Below are positions 46,261-55,435 of a stretch of DNA of 64,000 bases, piece by piece (within the stretch, counting starts at the first letter, position 1; each line of letters opens with the position of its first letter). The stretch lies in contig MAAO01000005.1 of NCBI GenBank assembly GCA_002163155.1, positions 167,874 through 231,873 on the forward strand, written 5' to 3'. The translations under genes and the position numbers were made by a program. Under the pieces are notes generated by a model that saw nothing but the letters and a program-made list of their open reading frames with translations, made no database searches and had not been told where the DNA came from. The stretch is from Halobacteriovorax marinus. Lineage in GTDB: Bacteria; Bdellovibrionota; Bacteriovoracia; Bacteriovoracales; Bacteriovoracaceae.

Positions 46261-46935
46261 TTAAGAAAGGTGCTTACCAACAATTCCTGCTAGTTCGAAC
46301 ATAGTAATTTCTTTCTTTCCGAAAACTTTTTGAAGTTTATCGTCAGCAAGAATATTTCTTCTGTTCTTTGGGTTTTGTAGGTCATTCTTCTTAATATAAT
46401 CCCAAATCTTCTTAACTACTTCAGTTCTTGGAACTGCTTTTGCACCGATAACGGCCGCAAGCTCAGCAGAAGGAGTAAGTGGTCTCATGAAAGCAGCATT
46501 TGGCTTTCTTTTAGTTTTTGTTTTCTTAGCAGCTTTCTTAGGAGCAGCTTTCTTAGTTGCTTTCTTAGCAGCGGCTTTCTTAGGAGCAGCTTTCTTAGTT
46601 GCTTTCTTAGCTACTTTTTTCTTAGCTACTTTCTTAGCTACTTTCTTAGTTGCTTTTTTAGCTACTTTTTTCTTAGTTGCTTTCTTAGCTACTTTCTTAG
46701 TTGCTTTCTTAGCTACTTTTTTCTTAGTTGCTTTCTTAGCTACTTTCTTAGTTGCTTTCTTAGCTACTTTTTTCTTAGTTGCTTTCTTAGCTACTTTCTT
46801 AGTTGCTTTCTTTGCAACTTTTTTCTTAGCTACTTTTTTCTTAGCTACTTTCTTAGTTGCTTTCTTAGCTACTTTCTTAGTTGCTTTCTTTGCTACTTTC
46901 TTAGTTGCTTTCTTAGCTACTTTTTTCTTTGCCAT
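46261..46935 (-). CDS. Histone H1-like Lys/Ala repeat protein fused to a SWIB/MDM2 domain
   Basis: ATG at 46935 after GGAGG; ~140 aa of KKVAKKAT repeats, then RKPNAAFMRPLTPSAELAAVIG...RTEVVKKIWDYIKKNDLQNP (SWIB). Confidence 0.9.
   Translation of the reverse strand: MAKKKVAKKATKKVAKKATKKVAKKATKKVAKKKVAKKKVAKKATKKVAKKATKKKVAKKATKKVAKKATKKKVAKKATKKVAKKATKKKVAKKATKKVAKKVAKKKVAKKATKKAAPKKAAAKKATKKAAPKKAAKKTKTKRKPNAAFMRPLTPSAELAAVIGAKAVPRTEVVKKIWDYIKKNDLQNPKNRRNILADDKLQKVFGKKEITMFELAGIVGKHLS
46510..46932. repeat. Coding tandem repeat (12-27 nt units) encoding KKVA/KKAT
   Basis: Repeated TTCTTAGCTACT and TTCTTAGTTGCT units on the plus strand. Confidence 0.9.
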
Positions 46936-47097
46936 AACATCCTCCAAAATTCGTATTATGTGGTTTTTCTAATATTAAAATTTAATTACTTATACTCTAA
47001 TCGAAAGAAAACGAAAACACTTGAGTTATTTTCGATTATTTTAAAAAAAAATTCTCTAGGAAGAATAGGCCTTTCGCCAATAGACCTCCTAGGGAGA

Positions 47098-47544
47098 TCA
47101 TTTCTTAATTTTTTTGATCCATTCTACGACTTGTCCTTTTTCTCCAAGACGCCTGTTAGACTTTTCATAGCCGTGACTTTCGTTCAAAGAATACATTCTA
47201 AAGTTGTCGATACTGCAGTAGTGAATGATCTTATGAACTTTTTTCTCTTGAGCCGTTGTCTCAAAGAAATCTTTAATTTTATGGGAGAAACCACTGCCCT
47301 GATGAGAGATTTTAATAGAAGTATTCTTAGAATAGAGGACTTTTTGGTCAATTTTACAGAAGAGGGCCGCGATTATTTCGCCATTATCCTCTACTCCGAA
47401 GAGTTCCCAGCCATCTTTGACTTCTTTCTTAATTTCATCATAGTTCCAGTTAAAACCTGGAGAATCAGAGAAAGCATCTATATTGTAATCATAAATAGTT
47501 TTGATATCTTTAGAATTATTGGCCTTAATAAATTTTAAACTCAT
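47098..47544 (-). CDS. GNAT family N-acetyltransferase
   Basis: Motif A-like SHQGSGFS and motif B-like NFRMYSLNESHGY; 148 aa. Confidence 0.7.
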   Translation of the reverse strand: MSLKFIKANNSKDIKTIYDYNIDAFSDSPGFNWNYDEIKKEVKDGWELFGVEDNGEIIAALFCKIDQKVLYSKNTSIKISHQGSGFSHKIKDFFETTAQEKKVHKIIHYCSIDNFRMYSLNESHGYEKSNRRLGEKGQVVEWIKKIKK

Positions 47545-47563
47545 AGCAATCCTTTGCTGTTCG

Positions 47564-47589
47564 AAAAAGAGGTTCCGAAATGAACCTCT
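47564..47589 (-). terminator. Intrinsic terminator after the cytochrome c gene
   Basis: AGAGGTTC / GAACCTCT stem followed on the minus strand by TTTT. Confidence 0.65.
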
Positions 47590-47612
47590 ATTATACTCAA
47601 TTCTATAAGAGT

Positions 47613-47918
47613 TTACTTTAAAGTGCTAATATATGCCGCGAGATCAGCAATATCAGTATTAGATAGTTTTTTGATGAAAGGAAGCATTGGAGGGTTCTTT
47701 CTCTCTTTACCGGCCTTAAATTGCTTTATAGAGCTAATGATATACCACTCGTGTTGACCAGCAATACGTGGTGCTTTTTGTTTTTCAATTCCTGCACCAT
47801 CAGCACCGTGGCACTGTACACAGCTTTTGAATAACTTCTGTCCTCTTGCTGCATCAGCGGCGAAGGATTGACTAGATAACAAAGTAATTAAGACGACAAA
47901 GGCCTTTAATGTTTTCAT
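47613..47918 (-). CDS. Monoheme c-type cytochrome (c553/c4-like)
   Basis: Signal peptide; CVQCH; PRIAGQ; axial Met in NPPM. Confidence 0.92.
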   Translation of the reverse strand: MKTLKAFVVLITLLSSQSFAADAARGQKLFKSCVQCHGADGAGIEKQKAPRIAGQHEWYIISSIKQFKAGKERKNPPMLPFIKKLSNTDIADLAAYISTLK

Positions 47919-47974
47919 TGGACTCCCAAATAAGTAATTTAGTTGTAATACTCTGAATATTAACGATTAAGAAG

Positions 47975-48643
47975 CTACTCGGCAACCAAATTTATCTGAT
48001 CGTGCCCAATTATTGTCCCTATGATCTTAGCAAGCACAGAAAATTCTTCATTGGATAAAGATGTTGGCGCTAATTTTAGAGAATTTACAGTGGAAATAAA
48101 CTCGATAACCACTTCCTTCCCAGCTAAATGAACTAAATTAACTTCAATATTTTGCTCACTAAAGTAATTCATCATATTGAGTCTTAGAGTGAAAAACTCT
48201 TTAATCGCCTTTATATTTCCTACATAAGTAGCATTTTCCCTAGCACACCAACCAGAAATGTCTTCTTCTGCAAAGAAGGCCAAGTACGAACTGAGTAGGA
48301 CTTTCTTAAAATCTTCAATAAACTGAGTAGGAAATTGATCACCAGGGACTGATGGAGTTTGATTTGAGTCTCTTAAAAAGCTCTCTAACTCTCTTGGAGC
48401 GAAAGTTCGAACTCTATCTAGACTTGAATTTGAAAAAAGCTTACAGAGCGAATGAAAAATTCCTAAAAAAGGCCCATCAAGTTCACTTTCATAGCTAATG
48501 GAGCCGATATTTTCTCTATTTAAGCTCACAAAGAAGCGAGAATTCAACTCCGCGCTCTTAACCACAAAGGAAAACTCCCCCGTATTACCCACAAAATCCT
48601 TAGATTTCGAAAATTCCAAAATTCTTTTAGAAAAACTTTCCAA
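47975..48643 (-). CDS. Hypothetical protein
   Basis: 222-aa ORF on the same strand as its neighbours; no confident motif. Confidence 0.6.
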   Translation of the reverse strand: MESFSKRILEFSKSKDFVGNTGEFSFVVKSAELNSRFFVSLNRENIGSISYESELDGPFLGIFHSLCKLFSNSSLDRVRTFAPRELESFLRDSNQTPSVPGDQFPTQFIEDFKKVLLSSYLAFFAEEDISGWCARENATYVGNIKAIKEFFTLRLNMMNYFSEQNIEVNLVHLAGKEVVIEFISTVNSLKLAPTSLSNEEFSVLAKIIGTIIGHDQINLVAE

Positions 48644-48710
48644 CTAAATAATCCTCAATTAAAATTAAACAAACACATAGTAACGGCCAAAACTAAAAAG
48701 CGGAAATCCA

Positions 48711-49358
48711 ATGAACTCTCAAAGCAAATTAGATTCTATTACTCAAGCTAAAGAACTTCTACTGATAGGACCCTGTCCATTTAAAGCAGATCACCTCTAT
48801 CAAGATGCACTTACTAGAGAAGTACCTATCATTGCTGTTGATAAAGGTCTAGAACACTGTCCTCTTGCACCCGTGATTTATGCCATAGGAGACGGTGATA
48901 GCAGCAAATTGCCCATGGATCACAAGTTACCTTGTGAGAAAAATCAAAGTGACTTAAATGCTGCCTTAAACCTTATCTCTAAGAACACTAAACATATTTC
49001 TCTCCATGGCTTCCTAGGCCTAAGAAGAGACCACGAGTGGATAAATTTGGGTGAGATCTATCACTTTATTAAGAATTCGAAATGTATCGCCAAGATTGAC
49101 CAGAACTGTCTCATTATCCCCAAAGGAAGAACGAGATTGGAAATACAGGGAACTTTTAGTCTGATGAGTTTATACCAGACCCAACTTAAGATTGTGGGTC
49201 AGTGTAAGTATCAATTAAAAGATTTCACAGAACTCTCCCCCCTTTCTAGCCATGGACTTAGCAACGAGGGAAGCGGAATGGTGGAAATTGAAAGTAAAGA
49301 GGCGCTTATTCTCTACTTTCAGGAAGAAGTTCTAAAGTTCCCGCAGTGTGATCTTTAA
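48711..49358 (+). CDS. thiN: Thiamine pyrophosphokinase
   Basis: AVDKG, GDGDS, KNQSDLNAAL, GLRRDH..NL, HGLSNE. Confidence 0.8.
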   Translation: MNSQSKLDSITQAKELLLIGPCPFKADHLYQDALTREVPIIAVDKGLEHCPLAPVIYAIGDGDSSKLPMDHKLPCEKNQSDLNAALNLISKNTKHISLHGFLGLRRDHEWINLGEIYHFIKNSKCIAKIDQNCLIIPKGRTRLEIQGTFSLMSLYQTQLKIVGQCKYQLKDFTELSPLSSHGLSNEGSGMVEIESKEALILYFQEEVLKFPQCDL

Positions 49359-51672
49359 GTAATTCCTCTGAAAAAATCTGCAGACGATACTTGCCGGTCA
49401 AAAATCTCTTCATTTGATTCTTGTAAAAAGGACTTAACATATGACCTGAGTTTCCAATGGGAAGAATTCCATAACTTGACTCAATGTGGGCAAAATCAAT
49501 GATTCTTCTAGTACTAGGTCCAGCTCTCACCTTAAATCCATTACTACAGCCAACTTCTCTAAAATTATTTACATCATTGTAGGCACCCATAACTGGATAG
49601 GGACCCAAGTTAAAGATCTTATCAAAGGGTTTCTTTCTTCCAAAGGCATGAACAAACTCTATCGTGTGCAATTTTCCCCAATTCCAGTCAGAGAGATCTG
49701 TCCCATAGGTCTTTGCGAGATAGGCCACAGTCTCTTTAAAACTCTTTTCGACAATATCGACTCGCTTTTCAATTTTGTCAGTTGCTGCAAAGTCCCACCA
49801 CTGAGCATCCTCTCGTTTAAGCATTCGCTGGAGAAAATACCACCTAGAAGTGAGTCCACAGTACTTTTCTCTATCTGCGGCACTTAATTCATCAAGGAGA
49901 TTGAGACTCACCTGCAAGACCAATTGGTGATAAATACTTGAACCAATGCGGTTGGGCATATCTCTTCGGTCCCAATTTCTAAGCTCACTAAGAGCTTTCT
50001 TCTCTAAATCACTGAGTCTAGAAAGTTTAAGATCATTTAAGAAAATCTCTCTGATCCATTCCGTCTCAGAGTTCAACACACTTGTTTGTAACTGCATCGT
50101 CTCCTTTACACTCCACTTCTCTTTACTATGAAGGGCAGAGAATAAAGTAATGAAGCGGTCTCTTGGTTGCCAAAGACCTCTAAACTTTTCATTGGCCGAG
50201 ATGGGTCTATTATTAGCAGAGAGCACAATTCCAGAACTAGGATTAATCTCATGGGGCATTTCCTCAAAGGGAATATAACCCTCATACTCCTGTGATCCCC
50301 GCCCGTCCAAAACACTCATAGCATCACTATTAGCTGCGCGAATGGGATAGAGTCCAAAATTTAAGCGAGCAATATTATCTTTAGCATCTGCGTAAACCAC
50401 ATTTAAACCAGGAGAGCCTGCATAGCTGACGGCACTTTTAAAATCTTTAAAAGTCTTAGCATCTCCCATTTTCTTAAAGGCCAGTAGTGGTTGATTTAGC
50501 GGATGATGAAGGGTCCACTTTAGGGCAATTCCCTTAGGTTCAATGATTTCATCCAATAAAGGACCGTGCTCAGTCATACGGACAGGTAGGTAGAAGTCGT
50601 CCTTATCTTTAATTTTAATCACTTCACTGTAGCGTTTAATACTTTTGAGTTGCCCTTTATACTCATATTCGTTCCCCGTAGGAGAAATTTTCTCTTTATA
50701 GAAGTCCATATCATCCATATAGGAAATGGTTAAACCAAAGGCCTTAAAATGATCGTGGGCCAGACCAGCAAAGGGAATGTTTGGAAGAAAGTGACCGTAA
50801 ATATCAAAAGGTTCCAACTCATTATCAACTTTCAAATGGGCCTCAAACCAAATTCCTGGTAGTGAAAAGCCAATATGAGGATCAGACGCCAGTAGAGATT
50901 TGCCAGAAGTTGTTCGCTTACTCTTTAGCGCCCAAGCATTAGAGCCCTCAAATCCTCCAAAAGAAGCATTGAGCTCGGTGAAAGTGCTGTAGATTTCTTT
51001 AAGCCCACCCTCAACTTTAGCTGTCATGACACTATTGGCACTAGGCTCTATTTGAATTTCCTTCCACAGGTTTTCAGGCAAGAGATTTTTTAATTTATCA
51101 TTGAGCAGGTCATGACGCATGAATGCTGCAAAAGAATAGGACATATACCCAATGACAGCATAAGCGTCGAGGGTACTAAATTTCTTGGGTTTAATTCCTG
51201 CCAGTGTAAATTCTATGGGAAGCACGCCATTTTCCACAAAGAAATTGACCCCTTCATAGAAACTATCAAGCTGTGAGAGCATTTCCTTATCTAACATGCC
51301 ACTATCTAATTTTTCTTTAAAGAAGCGTCTAACGCCAATAGTTCTAAAAGTCTTATCAATCTTAAGACCTTTCTCGCCTATGATTTCACTAAGAGTTCCA
51401 GAGCCCACTCGTCTTAAGATCTCCATTTGAAATAAACGCTCCGAGGCCATGACATAACCAAAGGCCCTGTAGAGATCATGTTTATTCTTCGCCTTGATAT
51501 GAGGAATCCCCTCATTATCCCGTGTAACGGTGACTGCTTCTTTTAAAATAGACATCTCCAAAGCCCCACTACCAAAGGGAATAGTGCGCTTTAACAGGAT
51601 ATACACACCGCCTATGAGCAGGGGTCCCAAAAGAGAGATGAAGGCCAAGAGGTATTTAATTTTCTTATTCAT
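49306..51672 (-). CDS. Penicillin acylase family Ntn-hydrolase, membrane-anchored
   Basis: RDNEGIPHI, ERLFQME, GSNAW (beta-chain Ser), LASDPH, TEHGP, SANNRP, GNSGH. Confidence 0.92.
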   Translation of the reverse strand: MNKKIKYLLAFISLLGPLLIGGVYILLKRTIPFGSGALEMSILKEAVTVTRDNEGIPHIKAKNKHDLYRAFGYVMASERLFQMEILRRVGSGTLSEIIGEKGLKIDKTFRTIGVRRFFKEKLDSGMLDKEMLSQLDSFYEGVNFFVENGVLPIEFTLAGIKPKKFSTLDAYAVIGYMSYSFAAFMRHDLLNDKLKNLLPENLWKEIQIEPSANSVMTAKVEGGLKEIYSTFTELNASFGGFEGSNAWALKSKRTTSGKSLLASDPHIGFSLPGIWFEAHLKVDNELEPFDIYGHFLPNIPFAGLAHDHFKAFGLTISYMDDMDFYKEKISPTGNEYEYKGQLKSIKRYSEVIKIKDKDDFYLPVRMTEHGPLLDEIIEPKGIALKWTLHHPLNQPLLAFKKMGDAKTFKDFKSAVSYAGSPGLNVVYADAKDNIARLNFGLYPIRAANSDAMSVLDGRGSQEYEGYIPFEEMPHEINPSSGIVLSANNRPISANEKFRGLWQPRDRFITLFSALHSKEKWSVKETMQLQTSVLNSETEWIREIFLNDLKLSRLSDLEKKALSELRNWDRRDMPNRIGSSIYHQLVLQVSLNLLDELSAADREKYCGLTSRWYFLQRMLKREDAQWWDFAATDKIEKRVDIVEKSFKETVAYLAKTYGTDLSDWNWGKLHTIEFVHAFGRKKPFDKIFNLGPYPVMGAYNDVNNFREVGCSNGFKVRAGPSTRRIIDFAHIESSYGILPIGNSGHMLSPFYKNQMKRFLTGKYRLQIFSEELLKDHTAGTLELLPESRE

Positions 51673-52916
51673 AGATTTTCCGATTTCTTATAAATTTTAT
51701 TAAAAGCATAGAAGGCCACGTTTCCAAAAAAAGTGATCACTAGCAATATCAACATTAATTCTCTTAATGTTACTCCAAGATCCAAGAGCTTTGCAAAGAA
51801 CACAGGTGCAATACTCGTCCCCACCACCAAAATATTTGAATCCATTCCTTTAATACGCCCAATAGACTCTGTACCAAAGGTTTCTGCCCAAAATGAATTA
51901 CGCGTAAGACTACTCATGCCCACGGCTATTCCCAAAAAGGAAAATGATAGTGGACCTATGAAGGCCTGATCAAAGAAGGCCAAGAGAATCACCGAAATAG
52001 TCAAAGGCCACAACATAAATGGCAAGAGCTTACGACTCGAATAGCGGTCGATAAATTGCCCTACAAAGTAGGACGTGAAAATGTGAGAGATAGAGAAGAA
52101 AATAAAACTTAGGGGAATGACTTTTTCACTCCATCCCTTGGCCTCAACAATGGAGCCCTGTTGGAAGAAAATCCCCGTGGCCACAAAAGGCAGAATGGCG
52201 AAACTCACCATTAAACCTACGACTTTATAATCTCTAAGCACATCTATCCACTTCCAGCTCTTAGATTCATCACTTCTATTTCTAAGGACGGACTCATTTT
52301 CCTCGTAGAGGCAATATTTAGGAAATTTCCTTAACAGAAACCATGTTGCCGGCACCAAGACTATAATGATGAGAACGCCCATGAACTGAAAAGTTTCACG
52401 CCAACTGTATTTAACTAAGAGAAGACCAATAACGAGGGGCCATAACCCTTCCCCCACACTTCTTCCCCAACTAGACATTGTCTGCGCCTTACCTCGGTTC
52501 TTGCCAAAGAGTTTAGCAATTTGAGTGCTTGCCACTAGACCTAAGACAATTTGACCAAAACCCCTAAGCAGATAGAAACCTATAAAGAAGGAGATCATTT
52601 GATAGGAAAGACTCAACCAAAAGAGCGAGATCACCATAATGGCAATTGTGATCAAGGCAAAGTACCAAACCTTCATCTTATCTATGAGTCCACCCAAATA
52701 AGCTAAATTAAAAGAAGCTACAAAGGTGGCGAGAGAATAGAGAAAACTGATTTCCGTTCTGGTAAAGCCCAATTCCTGACGAATTGAATTGATGAATTGA
52801 CCTATATAGAAGGACTGGCCATAGCCTGCGAACAAAGTGACCAAGAAACAATAGAAAATGATCGTAAAATGTTTTTTTAAAAGGGAAAGCACTCTTTTAT
52901 TTCCTTCATTATTCAA
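51669..52916 (-). CDS. MFS transporter
   Basis: About 12 TM helices; GGLIDK, FGKNRGKA, GQFIDRYSSR. Confidence 0.9.
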   Translation of the reverse strand: MNNEGNKRVLSLLKKHFTIIFYCFLVTLFAGYGQSFYIGQFINSIRQELGFTRTEISFLYSLATFVASFNLAYLGGLIDKMKVWYFALITIAIMVISLFWLSLSYQMISFFIGFYLLRGFGQIVLGLVASTQIAKLFGKNRGKAQTMSSWGRSVGEGLWPLVIGLLLVKYSWRETFQFMGVLIIIVLVPATWFLLRKFPKYCLYEENESVLRNRSDESKSWKWIDVLRDYKVVGLMVSFAILPFVATGIFFQQGSIVEAKGWSEKVIPLSFIFFSISHIFTSYFVGQFIDRYSSRKLLPFMLWPLTISVILLAFFDQAFIGPLSFSFLGIAVGMSSLTRNSFWAETFGTESIGRIKGMDSNILVVGTSIAPVFFAKLLDLGVTLRELMLILLVITFFGNVAFYAFNKIYKKSENL

Positions 52917-52929
52917 TTAGAATTTATCT

Positions 52930-53607
52930 ATGATAAAGCGATTTCACCTCATTGATCAAATTCGCGGTTTTGCCATAGTCTTAATGATCATATTTCATTT
53001 CTTCTACGACCTAAACCTATTTAACTATGTTGAGATAGATTTTAATCGCGACTTCTTTTGGTTTGAGCTACCAAGGCTCATCGTTTTTCTCTTTTTATTG
53101 GCGATGGGACTCTCCATGCCCCTTGTTCACCATCCAAAAATGAATTGGAAGAAGTTTTGGCCTAGATGGGGAAAAATTGCAGCGGGAGCCTTAGTCATTA
53201 GTGTCTACACCTATTTTCTCTTTCCTACGCGCTGGGTTTACTTTGGCACACTTCACTGTATAGCAACTGCGTCACTCTTCTCTATCCCTTTTATGAAAAT
53301 CCCAAGAACCTCAGCACTCATTGGGGTGGTGCTACTACTATTGAAACTTATTTTTAAGATAAATATTCCATGGATCGTCCTCTCCCATTCTAGTATGGAT
53401 TATATAGCCCTCTTTCCTTGGATCGGTTGTGTCTTCATTGGTTTTGGACTTTGGAGTGTAAACTTTCACCAGCTAAGTGTCTTTAGAGGAAAACCCTTTA
53501 GAATGCTTGAATACCTAGGTAAGAGATCACTGCTCATCTACATCATTCACCAGCCCATTCTCTACTCCCTCGTATTTTGCTTTGACTGGCTAAACAAATC
53601 TCTTTAA
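52930..53607 (+). CDS. DUF1624 / HGSNAT-like membrane acyltransferase
   Basis: IDQIRGFAIVLMIIFH, FGTLHCI, DYIALFPW, LGKRSLLIYIIHQP. Confidence 0.85.
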   Translation: MIKRFHLIDQIRGFAIVLMIIFHFFYDLNLFNYVEIDFNRDFFWFELPRLIVFLFLLAMGLSMPLVHHPKMNWKKFWPRWGKIAAGALVISVYTYFLFPTRWVYFGTLHCIATASLFSIPFMKIPRTSALIGVVLLLLKLIFKINIPWIVLSHSSMDYIALFPWIGCVFIGFGLWSVNFHQLSVFRGKPFRMLEYLGKRSLLIYIIHQPILYSLVFCFDWLNKSL

Positions 53608-53777
53608 AAAGTTCAAAAATCAAATAATATTCGAGACTTATAAATTAGAGTTTCGCACTTTTGTCTTACCGTTTGAAATTGCTAGTAAGGTATAATCATG
53701 GTAGAAGATAGCGACTAAAGCTATTAATTTTATTGTGCTTTTCACCATTTTGAAGAGTTTAAATATTAGGGACCCAT

Positions 53778-55421
53778 ATGCCTTCTGATTTAAAAAAGAA
53801 GATAGAAAAAGCCGAGAAATTCATCGGCGGTTTGAAGTTTGCTGTTATCGTTATTACGCTCTTTTCTTTCATGATGATTGTGGGAACTTTCTTAGAAAGT
53901 TACTATGGAACAGACTTTGTAAATCGCGTTCTCTATAAAAGTTTTCCATTTATGGCACTGCAATTTGGAATGTTCGCCAGTATCTTCTTGGCCATGCTCT
54001 TAAGACTGCCTCCCAAGAAAAGACTCTATGGCTTTTATACTATTCACATAGGCCTTATCATGGTGGGTTGTGGATCTTTCATTACTTGGTTCTCAGGAAT
54101 TGATGGTCATCTCTCACTTGATCCTAACTCTCCAAATAGAAAAGTCATTCTAAGTGATGACGTCCTTAGAATTATTTATCATGATGAGGGAAAGACAGTT
54201 ACTAGAAAACTACCCTTTGCTGCTTTTAGAACTACTCTAGATGACAAGTATGAAAATATCCAACTTGGTGACTTCATCCCCTTTGCTGATAAGATTCTCA
54301 CATGGAGAAAGGGAAGTAATCCCTATCCATTAAATTCAAGTATTCACTCTTCTACTTATATTATTTCAAACCCAAATGTTTCTCAGGAAATGACCCTCTC
54401 TCTTCACCCAGAAGCGGTTGAGTTCGAAGCGTCACTTACTATGGGTCTGCTTAATGTGACTTACTTACCAAAAGGATTGGCCAACTGCTTTACCACTAAA
54501 GGAAAGAGTGGCTATATCATTTGGGATAGTAAGAAGAATGATTGTTACACTCCTGAACAGCGAAAAATAAAAATACGAAAGACAAGTGAGAATAATAAAT
54601 TTCTGGTCTTAAGAGAGAATGGGAAAGTTTACTCCTTCTTCCCTGACTTTAATCCATGGCCTGTAGATGAAAATCTAAAAGTGATTAAAAATTCGCACTT
54701 AAAAATCTTTAATAAGAAACTCTTTGAAGATAAGCCAAACCTCTTTGCCTTTGGACGAAAAGTGGCCTTCTTTGATGACGAGAAGTGGCATGTGGCAGAG
54801 TTTAAAAAAGACAGCGACACTATAGACCTGCCTTGGATGGGTTTTGAACTTGTATTAAAGAAACACGCTGACAGAGAATTCCCTAGTTTTGCTCCAAAAG
54901 AAATTATGCCTATTCAAAAGAATGGGAGTTTAATTAAAGGTCTCACTAAAGCGTTAGAAATCGACGTTCTTGGAAATAAATACTGGGTCTTAAATGATAG
55001 ACCTATTACTCTTAGAATCAACTCTAAGAAAGTCTCCTTTGTACTGGATAAAGAAATCCTCACACTTCCTTTTGAGTTTATTTTAACGAAGTTTAAAATG
55101 GATAAGAGTCCAGGAACAAATAACCCCGCTAGTTATGAGTCTTTTGTAAAACTCTTCACTAGCGATGGACCTACTGATCATCACGTATATATGAATAATC
55201 CCCTAAAGCATGCTGGTTTTACCTTCTATCAGGCCAGCTACTCGCAGGATCCCCAAACAGGTAGATACTCATCAACTCTCAGTGTAAATGTTGATCAGGG
55301 AAGACCCCTTAAATACTTAGGTTCAATTTTCTTAGTCTTAGGAGCGATTGCTCACTATCTTTTAAATAAGAAGAAAGTTAAGAAATCAGAAACTACAGAC
55401 TTTTTTAAATTAGAAAAATAA
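53778..55421 (+). CDS. resB: Cytochrome c biogenesis protein ResB/CcsB (System II)
   Basis: N-terminal TMs with GTFLES, GFYTIHIG, MNNPL..AGFTFYQASY, NVDQG..LKYLG; adjacent to ccsA. Confidence 0.8.
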   Translation: MPSDLKKKIEKAEKFIGGLKFAVIVITLFSFMMIVGTFLESYYGTDFVNRVLYKSFPFMALQFGMFASIFLAMLLRLPPKKRLYGFYTIHIGLIMVGCGSFITWFSGIDGHLSLDPNSPNRKVILSDDVLRIIYHDEGKTVTRKLPFAAFRTTLDDKYENIQLGDFIPFADKILTWRKGSNPYPLNSSIHSSTYIISNPNVSQEMTLSLHPEAVEFEASLTMGLLNVTYLPKGLANCFTTKGKSGYIIWDSKKNDCYTPEQRKIKIRKTSENNKFLVLRENGKVYSFFPDFNPWPVDENLKVIKNSHLKIFNKKLFEDKPNLFAFGRKVAFFDDEKWHVAEFKKDSDTIDLPWMGFELVLKKHADREFPSFAPKEIMPIQKNGSLIKGLTKALEIDVLGNKYWVLNDRPITLRINSKKVSFVLDKEILTLPFEFILTKFKMDKSPGTNNPASYESFVKLFTSDGPTDHHVYMNNPLKHAGFTFYQASYSQDPQTGRYSSTLSVNVDQGRPLKYLGSIFLVLGAIAHYLLNKKKVKKSETTDFFKLEK

Positions 55422-55435
55422 CGAACGGAAAATAT

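Noticed and set aside
46510-46932. Tandem DNA repeats as a possible CRISPR array
   Set aside because: There are no unique spacers and no cas genes; the repeats are in-frame coding units.
46487-46972. 161-aa hydrophobic FLVAFLAT-repeat ORF resembling a membrane protein
   Set aside because: It is the reverse complement of the KKVAKKAT repeats. The minus-strand gene has the SD, SWIB domain and terminator.
46960-47538. 192-aa plus-strand ORF
   Set aside because: It lies antisense to the GNAT gene, has no motif, and is expected by chance in AT-rich codon usage.
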